Positions 37,562 through 47,411 of a stretch of 64,000 nucleotides of DNA are shown piece after piece. The notes below the pieces were generated by a model. The model ran no database searches, was not told the DNA's origin, and saw only the letters and a program-made list of their open reading frames with translations. Position 1 is the stretch's first letter. Each line of letters starts with the position of its first letter. Position numbers and translations under genes: made by a program. Origin of the DNA: an uncultured Gammaproteobacteria bacterium (lineage in GTDB: Bacteria > Patescibacteriota > Microgenomatia > UBA12405 > JAHJSD01); contig CAYRYE010000001.1 of assembly GCA_964428655.1 (NCBI GenBank), positions 376,406-440,405 on the forward strand. The letters run 5' to 3'.

Positions 37562-38312
37562 ACAAGAGAGAACTATTGCGAAGGACCTTCAAAAGATAAA
37601 AGAAGTGTTAGAAAAAGTCCGCCATGATTATGAAATTATTGTTGTTATAGATGGCCGGGCAGATAAAACTTATGAGAAGGCCCAAAAGTTAGTTTCTTCC
37701 AGGATTAAAGTTTATCAGTATCGCGAAAATAAAGGGAAAGGCCATGCAGTTCGTTATGGAATGGCAAGGAGCAAAGGAGATTTAATTGCTTTTATTGATG
37801 CGGGAATGGAAATTGACCCTAATGGTTTATCCATGCTCTTAGAACATATGTTTTGGTATGATTCGGATATTATTGCTGGCTCAATACGCCATTCGGCTTC
37901 AAAAGTTCAGGGCTATCCTTTAAAAAGAAAAATTTGGAGTTGGGGGTATCATGCCTTGACACGGATTCTTTTCGGGTTAAGAATTACTGACTGCCAGCGG
38001 GGGATAAAAATCTTTAAAAGAAAAGTGTTAGAGAAGGTTTTACCTCGGCTTTTGGTAAAAGCCCATGCTTTTGATATTGAGATACTAGCCGTGGCCAAGA
38101 GGTTGGGTTTTGATAAAATTCATGATGGACCGGTAGAAATGAATGCTGATAAAAATAGATATTCAAGTATCAGCTGGGGAACGGTTCGAGATATGCTTCT
38201 TGATACTTTAGCCGTTTTCTATCGTCTCAAGTTCCTTCGTTATTATGATGACGGCGGCAAGCGAAAATGGCGCTATGATCCGGATTTAAGTTTTAGAGTG
38301 AATGTTGGCTAA
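37509..38312 (+). CDS. GT2, dolichol/polyprenol-phosphate glycosyltransferase-like
   Basis: SVIIPAY, NKGKGHAVRYGM, FIDAG, TDCQRGIKIF, FDIEIL. Confidence 0.8.
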   Translation: MAAKKRESFLSVIIPAYKQERTIAKDLQKIKEVLEKVRHDYEIIVVIDGRADKTYEKAQKLVSSRIKVYQYRENKGKGHAVRYGMARSKGDLIAFIDAGMEIDPNGLSMLLEHMFWYDSDIIAGSIRHSASKVQGYPLKRKIWSWGYHALTRILFGLRITDCQRGIKIFKRKVLEKVLPRLLVKAHAFDIEILAVAKRLGFDKIHDGPVEMNADKNRYSSISWGTVRDMLLDTLAVFYRLKFLRYYDDGGKRKWRYDPDLSFRVNVG

Positions 38313-38314
38313 TC

Positions 38315-39304
38315 ATGGCCATCGAAGCCTCTATTATCATTCCCGTAAAAGAAATTAATGATTATATACGGGATGAGATAATTCCGGCTTTAAAAAGACA
38401 GACTTTTAAAAATTTTGAATTGATAATTATTCCTGATAGACATGGGGGCTTGGTCCGTTTTCCTTCATTTGTCAGAATTTTTCCTTCATGGCCAAAGATA
38501 GGTCCGGCTTTTAAAAAAGATTTAGGAGTAAAAAAGGCCAAAGGAGAAATTGTTGTCTTTCTTGATGATGATGCTTATCCGGAAAAAGATTGGTTAGAAA
38601 AAGCAATACCTTATTTTAAAAGAGATGAAGTGACGGCTGTTTGCGGTCCTGGGGCGACTCCAGCCAATGATCCTGTTTTGGCCAAAGTTTCCGGTTGGAT
38701 GTGGTCATCGCTTTTGGGCTCTGGTGGAGCCGGAACTTACCGCTGCTGGCCTGGCAAAAAGCGAGAGGTGGATGACTATCCAGCCTTTAATTTATTTGTT
38801 AGAAAAAAAGATTTTGAATCAGTGGGTGGGTTTGATTCCAAATTCTGGCCGGGCGAGGATACTAAATTGTGCCATGATCTAGTCTATAAATTGGGCAAGA
38901 AAATTATTTATGATCCTAAAATTTTGGTTTATCATCACCGAAGAAAAATATTTAAACCCCATCTTAAGCAAATCGGCCGCTATGGATTCCAACGGGGATA
39001 TTTTGTTAGAATTTTGCCCAAAACTTCTAAAAGAATTGGTTATTTTATGCCGACACTTTTTGCGTTAGGCTTAATAATCGGGCCTGTTTTTTATTCTATT
39101 TTCGAGTCAGAGATAATAATTAATTTTTATTTATTTTCACTATTTGTTTATTTTTCGTTATTATTTGGAACAACAATTTGGGTTTTTACTAAAAGCAAGA
39201 ATTTGTTAATAGCTTTGCTGGTAATGCCAACAATTTTTGCCAGCCATGTTTTCTATGGCATTATGTTTTTAAAGGGGTTGTTCAGCAGACTGGAGACTAT
39301 TTAA
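38315..39304 (+). CDS. GT2 glycosyltransferase with C-terminal TM segments
   Basis: SIIIPV, FLDDDAYP, GGFD...PGEDT, VYHHRR, three C-terminal hydrophobic segments. Confidence 0.85.
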   Translation: MAIEASIIIPVKEINDYIRDEIIPALKRQTFKNFELIIIPDRHGGLVRFPSFVRIFPSWPKIGPAFKKDLGVKKAKGEIVVFLDDDAYPEKDWLEKAIPYFKRDEVTAVCGPGATPANDPVLAKVSGWMWSSLLGSGGAGTYRCWPGKKREVDDYPAFNLFVRKKDFESVGGFDSKFWPGEDTKLCHDLVYKLGKKIIYDPKILVYHHRRKIFKPHLKQIGRYGFQRGYFVRILPKTSKRIGYFMPTLFALGLIIGPVFYSIFESEIIINFYLFSLFVYFSLLFGTTIWVFTKSKNLLIALLVMPTIFASHVFYGIMFLKGLFSRLETI

Positions 39305-41017
39305 TAGTTGTTTTGCCTTTTCATTGGCGGGTTGCAGTTCAATAAACTTTTTTAGATTTTCTTCGGCAAGCTTGAAATTCTTTTGTTCAAGATAAATAGC
39401 GGCTAGGTTTTGGTAAGACTGCCAGATATTAGGATTAATCTCAATGGCTTTTTGGTAATTTTTAATTGCTTCGTTGATCTTGTTGGTTTGCCAATAAATA
39501 TTGGCTAAATTATGATAAGCATCGGCATAGCCTGGTTTTAGTTCAATCGCTTTTTTAAATTCTTCAATTGCTTTTTCAAAATTACCGTGACGGCCGTAAT
39601 AATCACCTAAATTATTATGATTTTGATGACTTGAGGGTGAAGTTTTGGCCGCCGCCAGCCAAAGATTATCCTGATTTTTCCAATCACGATTTCTGACAAT
39701 TGTTCTTGTCGTTAAGGCAACAAGAATTAGAGTAAAAATAATCAGAGGTATATTTCTAATCTTCTTTATATCGTTTAGTTTTTTAACTACTATGGCGATG
39801 ACCACAAAGATGCCAATTGAGCCGAGATAGACATACCGTTCAGCTACGAGCCAAGAGATTCCAAACGGAGTCATTGTTGGTAGGAGAGAAATGATAAAAA
39901 ATGACAGCCAAAAAAAGATATGACGATTTCGTTTAAAACTGTAGACAATTATTCCCAAGAAAGCAATTAGAACTCCTAATTTTATAAAATATTCTAATTG
40001 GCTAAAGACCATTTCTGAATGATAAAGAGTCAAATTTTTTGGCCAGAAGATAAGTTCAAGATAGGAAGTAATTGCGATTGGTACTTGGTGTAAAAGATTG
40101 GAAGTTTTGGGTTTTTGGTAAAAGTTTGTTTCCAACGAAGTAATCCTGGTTCCCATAGCTCCGGAGCTGAGAAAATAAAGTCCCCAAAAACTACTTATTC
40201 CTAGAAAAAGGAGAAGCTTTTTCCAATTGGTTTTTAAGTTTTCAAAACAGAGTTCGTAAACAAAGAGAATAATTGGAAAAATAATTGCTTTCTCAGAGAT
40301 AGTGAGAGCCAAGAAAAAACTGGTGAGAGAGAGGTAGATGTATCGGTTGTTTTTTAGGGTCAAGATGTAAGAAAGAATGGATAGCATTATGAAGAAACTA
40401 TACATACAGTGGCCTCCGCCAGAAATCCAAGTAATAGATTCAATGAGAATAGGGTGGACAGCGGCAAGAGAGGCGGCCATGATTGCTGTTATTTTGTCAA
40501 AAAGAAGATAAATAATGATGAAAACTAGACAAACGGTTGCCAGGTGGAAAAGAATATTGGGAAGTCGAAAGGCGATTGGTGATTTGCCAAAAACTTGGTT
40601 AATCAAAAAGTAAAACAGAGGTTGAAAAAATCTCAGTAGACGAAAAGGAGAGGAGGTAACATATGAAATATCATCTATGTTCTTGTTATTAAGAATGCCT
40701 TCTATATCATCAGAAACAAATTCGTTGTTAATGGAATTTGCATATGAAATAAAGACAAGAACGATTAGGACTATTATATAGAGATAATGTTCAATCATCC
40801 ATTGTTTGAAGCCAAATTTAGATAAATTTTTCCTTTTGTCTTCTTCTGTAGATTTTTGTTGTTTGATAAAGCGTTGATATTTTTTTTCTTTCCAAATTTT
40901 TTTCAAATAAGACTGAATTGTCTCGGGAGGAATATCTGAGTCTTTAGCGACTTGGCTTAAACTCATGATCTTAAGTTTTTTTCTTATCTCTTCTTTTTGT
41001 TTTTTTGTAAGATTCAT
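39269..41017 (-). CDS. TMTC-like GT-C membrane protein with C-terminal TPRs
   Basis: FVSDD, HPILIESITWISG, AERYVYL, RNRDWKN..LW, four TPRs. Confidence 0.8.
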   Translation of the reverse strand: MNLTKKQKEEIRKKLKIMSLSQVAKDSDIPPETIQSYLKKIWKEKKYQRFIKQQKSTEEDKRKNLSKFGFKQWMIEHYLYIIVLIVLVFISYANSINNEFVSDDIEGILNNKNIDDISYVTSSPFRLLRFFQPLFYFLINQVFGKSPIAFRLPNILFHLATVCLVFIIIYLLFDKITAIMAASLAAVHPILIESITWISGGGHCMYSFFIMLSILSYILTLKNNRYIYLSLTSFFLALTISEKAIIFPIILFVYELCFENLKTNWKKLLLFLGISSFWGLYFLSSGAMGTRITSLETNFYQKPKTSNLLHQVPIAITSYLELIFWPKNLTLYHSEMVFSQLEYFIKLGVLIAFLGIIVYSFKRNRHIFFWLSFFIISLLPTMTPFGISWLVAERYVYLGSIGIFVVIAIVVKKLNDIKKIRNIPLIIFTLILVALTTRTIVRNRDWKNQDNLWLAAAKTSPSSHQNHNNLGDYYGRHGNFEKAIEEFKKAIELKPGYADAYHNLANIYWQTNKINEAIKNYQKAIEINPNIWQSYQNLAAIYLEQKNFKLAEENLKKFIELQPANEKAKQLLNSLQSAEQPL

Positions 41018-41028
41018 GAGAAAATTTG

Positions 41029-41760
41029 TTACCAGGCGTAAGTGGCAAGATGTCTTTTGTTTGCGCTCAGTATGTGTTTATAACCAAAGGTTTTTAATAT
41101 TTTTTCAACTCTTTTCGATGTTGGTTGACTATCTATAATATGATAAGAGGCGATAGCCAATCTTGGGTGGAATTTTTTTAGAGTTTGCGCGGCTCCTATC
41201 AATGCTTCTATTTCCGAACCCTCTATGTCCATTTTAACAAAATCGACGGACCTCAATTTCAGCTTTTTAACCAAGGAATCAAGTTTTATTAATGTTATTT
41301 TTTTCTCTTTTTTGTTTCCGTAAAAAAGAGAAAGTTCACCCGGGCAATTTGAATTTGAAAAAGCAGATTTTTTTGTTTTTCTACTCCAAAGCCCTTTGCT
41401 GACAATAGTCACATTTTTAATGTTTAATTTTTTGAGCCGGTTCTTTAACAGTCTAACGCCTTGGGGGTCGGGCTCTATGGCGATAATTTTACCGTTTTTG
41501 CCAATAAGACGGGAAGCGATAATGGTGAAATTTCCTTCGTAGGCGCCTCCATCTATGACAACCTCCCCTTTTTTAGGTTTACCAAATTTCAGGTATCCGG
41601 AATAAACGTCTTCAACGAAACGGTAAAGCGGTATGGGAAAGAAGAGAAAAAACCAATTGTAAAGATTCCAGTAGTAGAAGGCTTCACCTTCCTTACAGAA
41701 CATTTTCTTGGCAAATTGTATCGCAATAATAGTTAGTTTTGTTTTTAACTTTAGGCTCAA
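41029..41760 (-). CDS. FkbM-family SAM methyltransferase
   Basis: VIDGGAYEG, AIEPDP, FVKMDIEGSE, LAIASYH; start codon uncertain. Confidence 0.85.
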   Translation of the reverse strand: MSLKLKTKLTIIAIQFAKKMFCKEGEAFYYWNLYNWFFLFFPIPLYRFVEDVYSGYLKFGKPKKGEVVIDGGAYEGNFTIIASRLIGKNGKIIAIEPDPQGVRLLKNRLKKLNIKNVTIVSKGLWSRKTKKSAFSNSNCPGELSLFYGNKKEKKITLIKLDSLVKKLKLRSVDFVKMDIEGSEIEALIGAAQTLKKFHPRLAIASYHIIDSQPTSKRVEKILKTFGYKHILSANKRHLATYAW

Positions 41761-41797
41761 GGATTTTTAATTAAGGTAACATATAATTTACAAATTA

Positions 41798-42565
41798 TTA
41801 CTTTTTGATAGCCGAGGCGATTAGAAAATAACCCCGCTTTTTGTCAATAGAACAAAGTAGATCTGACAGCCATCCATATAAAGGCACGTAGCCACGAGTA
41901 AACATTTTTATGTCTCTAAATCCCACTAGTTCTAAACTATCTTGCAATCCTTGAAAGGAAAGTACTTTGATATGGCCAATGGAGCCAGTTAAACCTTTTC
42001 TTTGGCATTTTTTTATCAATTTCTCGATGTCTTTGGCATTTTTTCTTTGTTTCATCAATGGATTGCCAACAAGCCAACCACCAATATCGCATGAAAATGG
42101 CTGCCAGCCAAAAAATAGGGCAAAAAGATTAGCGAAAGAGGCTAAATTTTCTGTTAAAATTATCAGCTGGCCGTTGGGCTTTAGGCAACGATAACACTCC
42201 AGAAGATAAAAAGCGGTGTTATGAACATGTTCTATGTTTTGGCTTGATAAAATAATGTCAAAGTAATTACTCTCAAGCGGCCATTTATAGTTTAAGTCGG
42301 CTTTCAGACATTTTATTCCTTTACTTTTTGCGGCCCTAATTCTTTGAGGGAGTATTTCAATGCCCCAGATTTCTTTAGATTTGATAGTTTTAGCAAATTC
42401 CTTTGTTAATTTTCCATCTGAACAGCCGAGGTCTAAAAATCTATCAACGTTCTTTTTAGTGATTAATTTTTTTCCTAAGGAAATACAATCCTTAACTCCT
42501 TCGTCAAAAGAATTGCGTGGACACAGTTTTACTGCTTTTTTGGCAAAGTTTATAAAAATATTCAT
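41798..42565 (-). CDS. Class I SAM-dependent methyltransferase
   Basis: LDLGCSDG, FDIILSSQNIEH, LKPNG. Confidence 0.85.
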   Translation of the reverse strand: MNIFINFAKKAVKLCPRNSFDEGVKDCISLGKKLITKKNVDRFLDLGCSDGKLTKEFAKTIKSKEIWGIEILPQRIRAAKSKGIKCLKADLNYKWPLESNYFDIILSSQNIEHVHNTAFYLLECYRCLKPNGQLIILTENLASFANLFALFFGWQPFSCDIGGWLVGNPLMKQRKNAKDIEKLIKKCQRKGLTGSIGHIKVLSFQGLQDSLELVGFRDIKMFTRGYVPLYGWLSDLLCSIDKKRGYFLIASAIKK

Positions 42566-42595
42566 CAGCTTAATGTATAATATTTATTCTACCCC

Positions 42596-43645
42596 ATGAT
42601 TGTTTTAAATAAAATAAACCCCTTTTTTTCAATCGTTATTGCCAGTTACAACAGTGGTTCGTTTTTAAAAAACTGTCTGCGATCTATTTATCGATCCAGC
42701 TTTAAGAATTTTGAATTGATACTGGTTGATAATGCCTCAAACGACAATAGCGTGAAAGATCTTCTTCCAAAATTACTCCTGAAACCAAATTTTAAATTAG
42801 TTAGGATTAGAAAAAATGCCGGTTCGGCCGGTGGTAGAATTGCTGGTATTAAAAAAAGCCGTGGTCAATATTTATTTTTTTTGGATGCAGATACGGTAAT
42901 TAAAAAAAACTGTCTTGAAACATTGGCAGAGTTTTTAAAGAAACATCCCGAAGTCGGTATGGTTCACCCGAAACTTCTTAATTTAGAAAGAAAGCAGTTT
43001 TTTGATTGTGCCGGCGACTACTTAGATCCTTTTGGTTTTTTAATAAGCCGCGCTCAAGGGAGAAAAGACGATGGCAGCCTCGATTATATTTGCCCGATTT
43101 TAAGTAGTAAAACAGCGGCGGCAGTAATTAAAAAAGATGTTTATAAAAAGGTCGGTGGTTTTGACAAAGACTACTTTTTTCTCTTGGAAGACACTGATTT
43201 AGATTGGCGCCTATGGCTTAGTGGTTTCTCTGTCTTGTTTTTTCCCAAAGCGGTTGTTTATCACGGCTTTAACACTAGCGAAAAAAATAAAAATAAAAGT
43301 AAGTATTATTCGGAATTTGTTGTTAGATTCTATGGACCGCGTAATTACTTTTTAACTTTAGTAAAAAATTTAGGCACTATAAAATTGTTAAAAACGCTTC
43401 CCCTCCATTTGGGTTGCTGGTTTTCAGTAATAATTAGTTTGCTTTGGAAGGGCAGTTTTAAAGAGGCTTCATATACCGCGGGTGGGATTTTATGGAACTT
43501 AAAAAATCTGCCACTTGTTTTAAGAAAAAGGGCCGTGGTTCAAAAAAACAGAAAATTATCAGATGAGGATTTGGGATTTTTATTTAAGCCACTAGGGGAT
43601 AGAAAACAATATTTTTTACGGCTAAAGTCTTACATCAGTGATTAA
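42596..43645 (+). CDS. GT2 glycosyltransferase
   Basis: SIVIASYN, VDNASND, FLDADT, GGFD..FFLLEDTDL. Confidence 0.9.
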   Translation: MIVLNKINPFFSIVIASYNSGSFLKNCLRSIYRSSFKNFELILVDNASNDNSVKDLLPKLLLKPNFKLVRIRKNAGSAGGRIAGIKKSRGQYLFFLDADTVIKKNCLETLAEFLKKHPEVGMVHPKLLNLERKQFFDCAGDYLDPFGFLISRAQGRKDDGSLDYICPILSSKTAAAVIKKDVYKKVGGFDKDYFFLLEDTDLDWRLWLSGFSVLFFPKAVVYHGFNTSEKNKNKSKYYSEFVVRFYGPRNYFLTLVKNLGTIKLLKTLPLHLGCWFSVIISLLWKGSFKEASYTAGGILWNLKNLPLVLRKRAVVQKNRKLSDEDLGFLFKPLGDRKQYFLRLKSYISD

Positions 43646-44699
43646 AAAATATATTGCCGTTTTACCATATTGGCCGGTATTTGCACCCAAGAACGAGGAC
43701 TATTTTTTCTTGCCCTCGCTGGTGGCAAAGGTTGCCGGCTATAAATCTTCTCTTTTGATTTATTCACCTAAAAAAGAAGAGGAAGCTAAGAATTATCAAG
43801 GAATAGATCTATTTTTTTGTAAAACTTTTAGAAATTTATATAAAAGTATTTCGAAAGATTCTATTGTTCATATTCAAACAACTTACCGATCATCGCTTTT
43901 GCTTATTCTTCTCTTAACGTTAAAAAGGAAGAACTGCCGGATAATTTGGACACCTCATACTTCTTTTGGAAAAAGATATCCCCTTGGTTTTAATTTTGAC
44001 ATTTTTAAAATTGCCTTCCCTGTTTTTAAAAAAATAGATAAAATAATCGCCATTACTGAATTCGAAAGGCAATATTTGGAGAAATTGGGATACAGAAATA
44101 TTGTTTACACTCCGCTTGTAACAGATGTAAAGAATTTTTCAAGAAATAAAAGACGGGAAAAGACTAAGGAGTTTAACTTTTTATTTATTGGTGGAGGGAG
44201 AAAAGTCAAAGGATTGGCAACAGTTTTGAAAGCATTTTCAGTTTTTGGAAAGTTTGGGATAAACAGCAATCTTTTTATTCTCGGTAGAGTGAGTAACAGC
44301 TTTAAAAAAAAATATTGTGATTTAATAAACAACAAGGTAAAGTTTTTTGGTGTTATAAAGCCCTGCTCTAATCACCTGGTCGATTTATTTGGGAAATCAA
44401 ATTGCTACATTAATGCTTCGTTTCAGGAAGGCAGTCCTCTAGCAGCGTTAGAAGCGGCGGCCTCAGGCCTATTTCTATGTTTACCTGATTTGCGAACACT
44501 AAAAAGCATTTTTGGAGATAATGCCTTTTATTACAAAATTGGCAGCTGGTTGGAGTTAATTGAAACGATGTTTCTTTGTTTTTACAATGTGGAAATTTCT
44601 CGAAAGAAAATTGCTAGAAATGAAAAATTGATGCGAGAGTTTTCTTGCGAAAAATTCGAGATTAAATTTACTTGCCTTTTAAGATCTTTGAGTAGTTAG
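43638..44699 (+). CDS. GT4 glycosyltransferase
   Basis: WTPH, KVKG, EGSPLAALEAAASG. Confidence 0.8.
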   Translation: MIKKYIAVLPYWPVFAPKNEDYFFLPSLVAKVAGYKSSLLIYSPKKEEEAKNYQGIDLFFCKTFRNLYKSISKDSIVHIQTTYRSSLLLILLLTLKRKNCRIIWTPHTSFGKRYPLGFNFDIFKIAFPVFKKIDKIIAITEFERQYLEKLGYRNIVYTPLVTDVKNFSRNKRREKTKEFNFLFIGGGRKVKGLATVLKAFSVFGKFGINSNLFILGRVSNSFKKKYCDLINNKVKFFGVIKPCSNHLVDLFGKSNCYINASFQEGSPLAALEAAASGLFLCLPDLRTLKSIFGDNAFYYKIGSWLELIETMFLCFYNVEISRKKIARNEKLMREFSCEKFEIKFTCLLRSLSS

Positions 44700-45393
44700 G
44701 TTTTTGAAAAATTGCTTCGTAGTTAACGGTAACTTCTTTAGTGGGAAAAATTTTGTCTAAAAAAGTTGCGGTTAAATTCATAAAAATTATTAGTGGGGAA
44801 AAGAGAATAATATAAGACCAGTAGGCGAGAGATTCTTTTTTTGTAAATAGTTTTGTTGGCAGGGTGGTAGCTAAATAGGAAAGTGTTTGAAATACGCCAT
44901 TTTGAGGCTTTAGATGACGAACTATAAATCCACTTGATTTGCCTAGATATTTTATCCCATACTCGGTAAATCGGAAATAATCATTGGGGGCGCTATGAAT
45001 TTGATAAAGGAAATTGGTGGTAAGAAACAGCAGCCCGCCAGGTTTCAATATTCGATAAAACTCTCTAAAAACTTTTCGCGGCCTTTTTAAATGTTCCAAA
45101 ACTTGAATGCAGAAAATGTAATCAAATGTTTTATCCTTTACAAAAGGCAATCCCTTATTAAGATTACCAGTGATATCCAAGTTTTGTTCTTTATTTTGTT
45201 TCAAGTCATGAGAAAAATATTGAGCCTTGCTGAATAACCGCTTGTAGTTGCTGGCTTGTACGCCGATGTCTAAGATTTTTTTTCCCGAACGGTCACATTT
45301 TTTGGCAGCAGATATAACAAATCTATCCATTTGGTAGTAGAAATTCATAAAAAGAAATTTTATAAAAAGTATGATTTTATCTTTAGTTGTCAT
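44668..45393 (-). CDS. Class I SAM-dependent methyltransferase (type 11)
   Basis: ILDIG, QVLEHL, RILKPGG, H.AP.DYFRFT. Confidence 0.85.
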   Translation of the reverse strand: MTTKDKIILFIKFLFMNFYYQMDRFVISAAKKCDRSGKKILDIGVQASNYKRLFSKAQYFSHDLKQNKEQNLDITGNLNKGLPFVKDKTFDYIFCIQVLEHLKRPRKVFREFYRILKPGGLLFLTTNFLYQIHSAPNDYFRFTEYGIKYLGKSSGFIVRHLKPQNGVFQTLSYLATTLPTKLFTKKESLAYWSYIILFSPLIIFMNLTATFLDKIFPTKEVTVNYEAIFQKPNYSKILKGK

Positions 45394-46364
45394 GTTTTTT
45401 TACTGAAGTATTTTAAGCCGGTAATAGTTCCCAACCAGCCGCCCAGCCAATTTATATTTTTAGTTTTTATTGCCTTATAAGTCCAATAGGAGTTGAGGAA
45501 TAAAACATAGAGAGAAAACTTAAATACATAACTGGGTTTCAGTTTGAAAATATGAGTAAAATAAAATCGAATAAAATTTTCCATTCTTTCTTTAGCATCA
45601 GTTCTTCTTGAATAAGCGCCGCCTTGAGAAATATGGTGTTTTACTTTTGCCTTAGAATTAAAAACAAGTTGATAGCCTAATTCTTTAACTCTCATGGCTA
45701 AATCTAATTCAGACCACTCAGCCACTTTTTTGTAGTTATAGTCAAACCCACCCACTTTATTTACTAGTTTTTTTCTTAAGGTCATATTGCAGGCTTCAAG
45801 GTAATCAACTTCTCTTAAGCCCTTGATCTTTAAACAACTGAGAAAGTTAGAGCCTGGTGACCAGGCGCCGCTTTTAAAGATTCTTCCCACTTCGTGTTTT
45901 TTTCCTTCAAGAAAGAACCAGTTCCAAAAATTGCCTAATAATTTCCAAATTCCTTTGGAGTAATAAAGAAAGAAAACATCTCTGTTTTTTAAGAGTTTTA
46001 ACGGAATAATGGTTGGGCCGCTGACACCGCCAATTTTTTTGTTTTTAAAAGTGTTAATAATTGCCTTGGCCCAGCTTTTACTAACAATTACGTCGTCATC
46101 AATCCAGGCGACTAGTTTTCCTTTAGCTTTTCGCCAACCTTGATCTCTTGCTCTGGCCAGCTCTTTTTTTCTATAGACAATTTTTTTAATTTTAAGTTTT
46201 TTGGAATATTTGGAGATTACGTGATTGGTCTTGTCAGTTGAACCGCCGTCAATTATTACTGCCTCGAAATTAGAAGAATTTTGTTTTGTTAAACTTTCCA
46301 AACAGTTTTTAAGATCACCGGCCCGATTAAAAGTGCAAATCACTATTGATAGTTTTGGCTTCAT
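45390..46364 (-). CDS. GT2 glycosyltransferase
   Basis: SIVICTFNR, IDGGSTD, WIDDD, GGFD. Confidence 0.9.
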   Translation of the reverse strand: MKPKLSIVICTFNRAGDLKNCLESLTKQNSSNFEAVIIDGGSTDKTNHVISKYSKKLKIKKIVYRKKELARARDQGWRKAKGKLVAWIDDDVIVSKSWAKAIINTFKNKKIGGVSGPTIIPLKLLKNRDVFFLYYSKGIWKLLGNFWNWFFLEGKKHEVGRIFKSGAWSPGSNFLSCLKIKGLREVDYLEACNMTLRKKLVNKVGGFDYNYKKVAEWSELDLAMRVKELGYQLVFNSKAKVKHHISQGGAYSRRTDAKERMENFIRFYFTHIFKLKPSYVFKFSLYVLFLNSYWTYKAIKTKNINWLGGWLGTITGLKYFSKKT

Positions 46365-46385
46365 GACTTTAGTATACTAAAAGCG
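46365..46385. promoter_or_regulatory. Bidirectional leaderless-type promoter: palindrome tttagtatactaaa giving TATACT on both strands
   Basis: 21-bp gap between divergent ATGs; TATACT lies 7 nt before ATG 46386 (+) and 6 nt before ATG 46364 (-). Confidence 0.65.
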
Positions 46386-47411
46386 ATGAGGGATTATCTA
46401 ATTAGAAAAGCCAAATTATTGTATTCTTCTTCTTTGGGAATTGGGCGATTGGTTAAAGCAATTTCCTCTTCAAAAATTTACTTAAGAATCCTAAAAACGA
46501 AAATAATTAACCAAATTCACAAAGATAAAAAAGGACCTTTTAATTTGTCAATTGAGACAACCAATTTTTGCAATGCTTGTTGTTCAATGTGTCCTTATCG
46601 GCTGATGAAACGACCCAAAAAAATAATGGACGAAGAAATATTTAGTAAAATAGTCCGGCGAATAAAGAAGGAGAAAATTTGCATTAATAAGATTCTTTTA
46701 AGCGGCTTGGGGGAGCCGTTGACTGATCCAAATTTTATCTCACGGATTAAAAAATTAAAAAATCTTGGCTTTCCCATTCGACTTTACACTAATGCTTCTT
46801 TATTAACAAAGAAAATTGCTAAAGAATTAGTCAAAATTAAACTTGATGAGATCAATATCAGTTTTAATGGGGTTACGCCAAAGCAATATAAAAAGATAAT
46901 GGGATTGGATTTTGATAAAACAATTAAAAATATCGATAATCTTCTTGAAATTAAAAAAGAACAGAAAAGCAAGTTGCCAGTAATTCAAATATCTTCAATT
47001 ATTACTCCAGAAAACGAAGTTGATATTAAAAAGCATATTAAAAAATGGTCTGGAAAAGTAAGTTCAGTCACTGTTTCTCAGCCTCATGAGTGGGGCGGGG
47101 GAGTGAAGATGGCCTTCGACCTCTGGCCAAAAACTTCAAACACAACTTATCCTTGTCGGTCTCTTTGGCACACTTTTGTTATTGATAGTCAAGGTAATTT
47201 TGTCATCTGCTGCCGTGATTATGAATCAAAATATATTTTAGGCAATATTAAAACTGACTCGTTTTCTGCAATCCAAAATAATCCTCTTGTAAAAAAGTTT
47301 CGTCGGCTTCATTTACAGTTTCAAAAAGGAAAATTGCCTCAGATGTGCCGGAAATGCAATTTCCCCTATCAAGATGGAATCGAGTGGTTTATGCCTCGGT
47401 CAATAGATTAA
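46386..47411 (+). CDS. Radical SAM protein with SPASM/twitch domain
   Basis: CNACCSMC, GLGEP, C-terminal PC.SLW...CC.D...C.KC. Confidence 0.85.
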   Translation: MRDYLIRKAKLLYSSSLGIGRLVKAISSSKIYLRILKTKIINQIHKDKKGPFNLSIETTNFCNACCSMCPYRLMKRPKKIMDEEIFSKIVRRIKKEKICINKILLSGLGEPLTDPNFISRIKKLKNLGFPIRLYTNASLLTKKIAKELVKIKLDEINISFNGVTPKQYKKIMGLDFDKTIKNIDNLLEIKKEQKSKLPVIQISSIITPENEVDIKKHIKKWSGKVSSVTVSQPHEWGGGVKMAFDLWPKTSNTTYPCRSLWHTFVIDSQGNFVICCRDYESKYILGNIKTDSFSAIQNNPLVKKFRRLHLQFQKGKLPQMCRKCNFPYQDGIEWFMPRSID

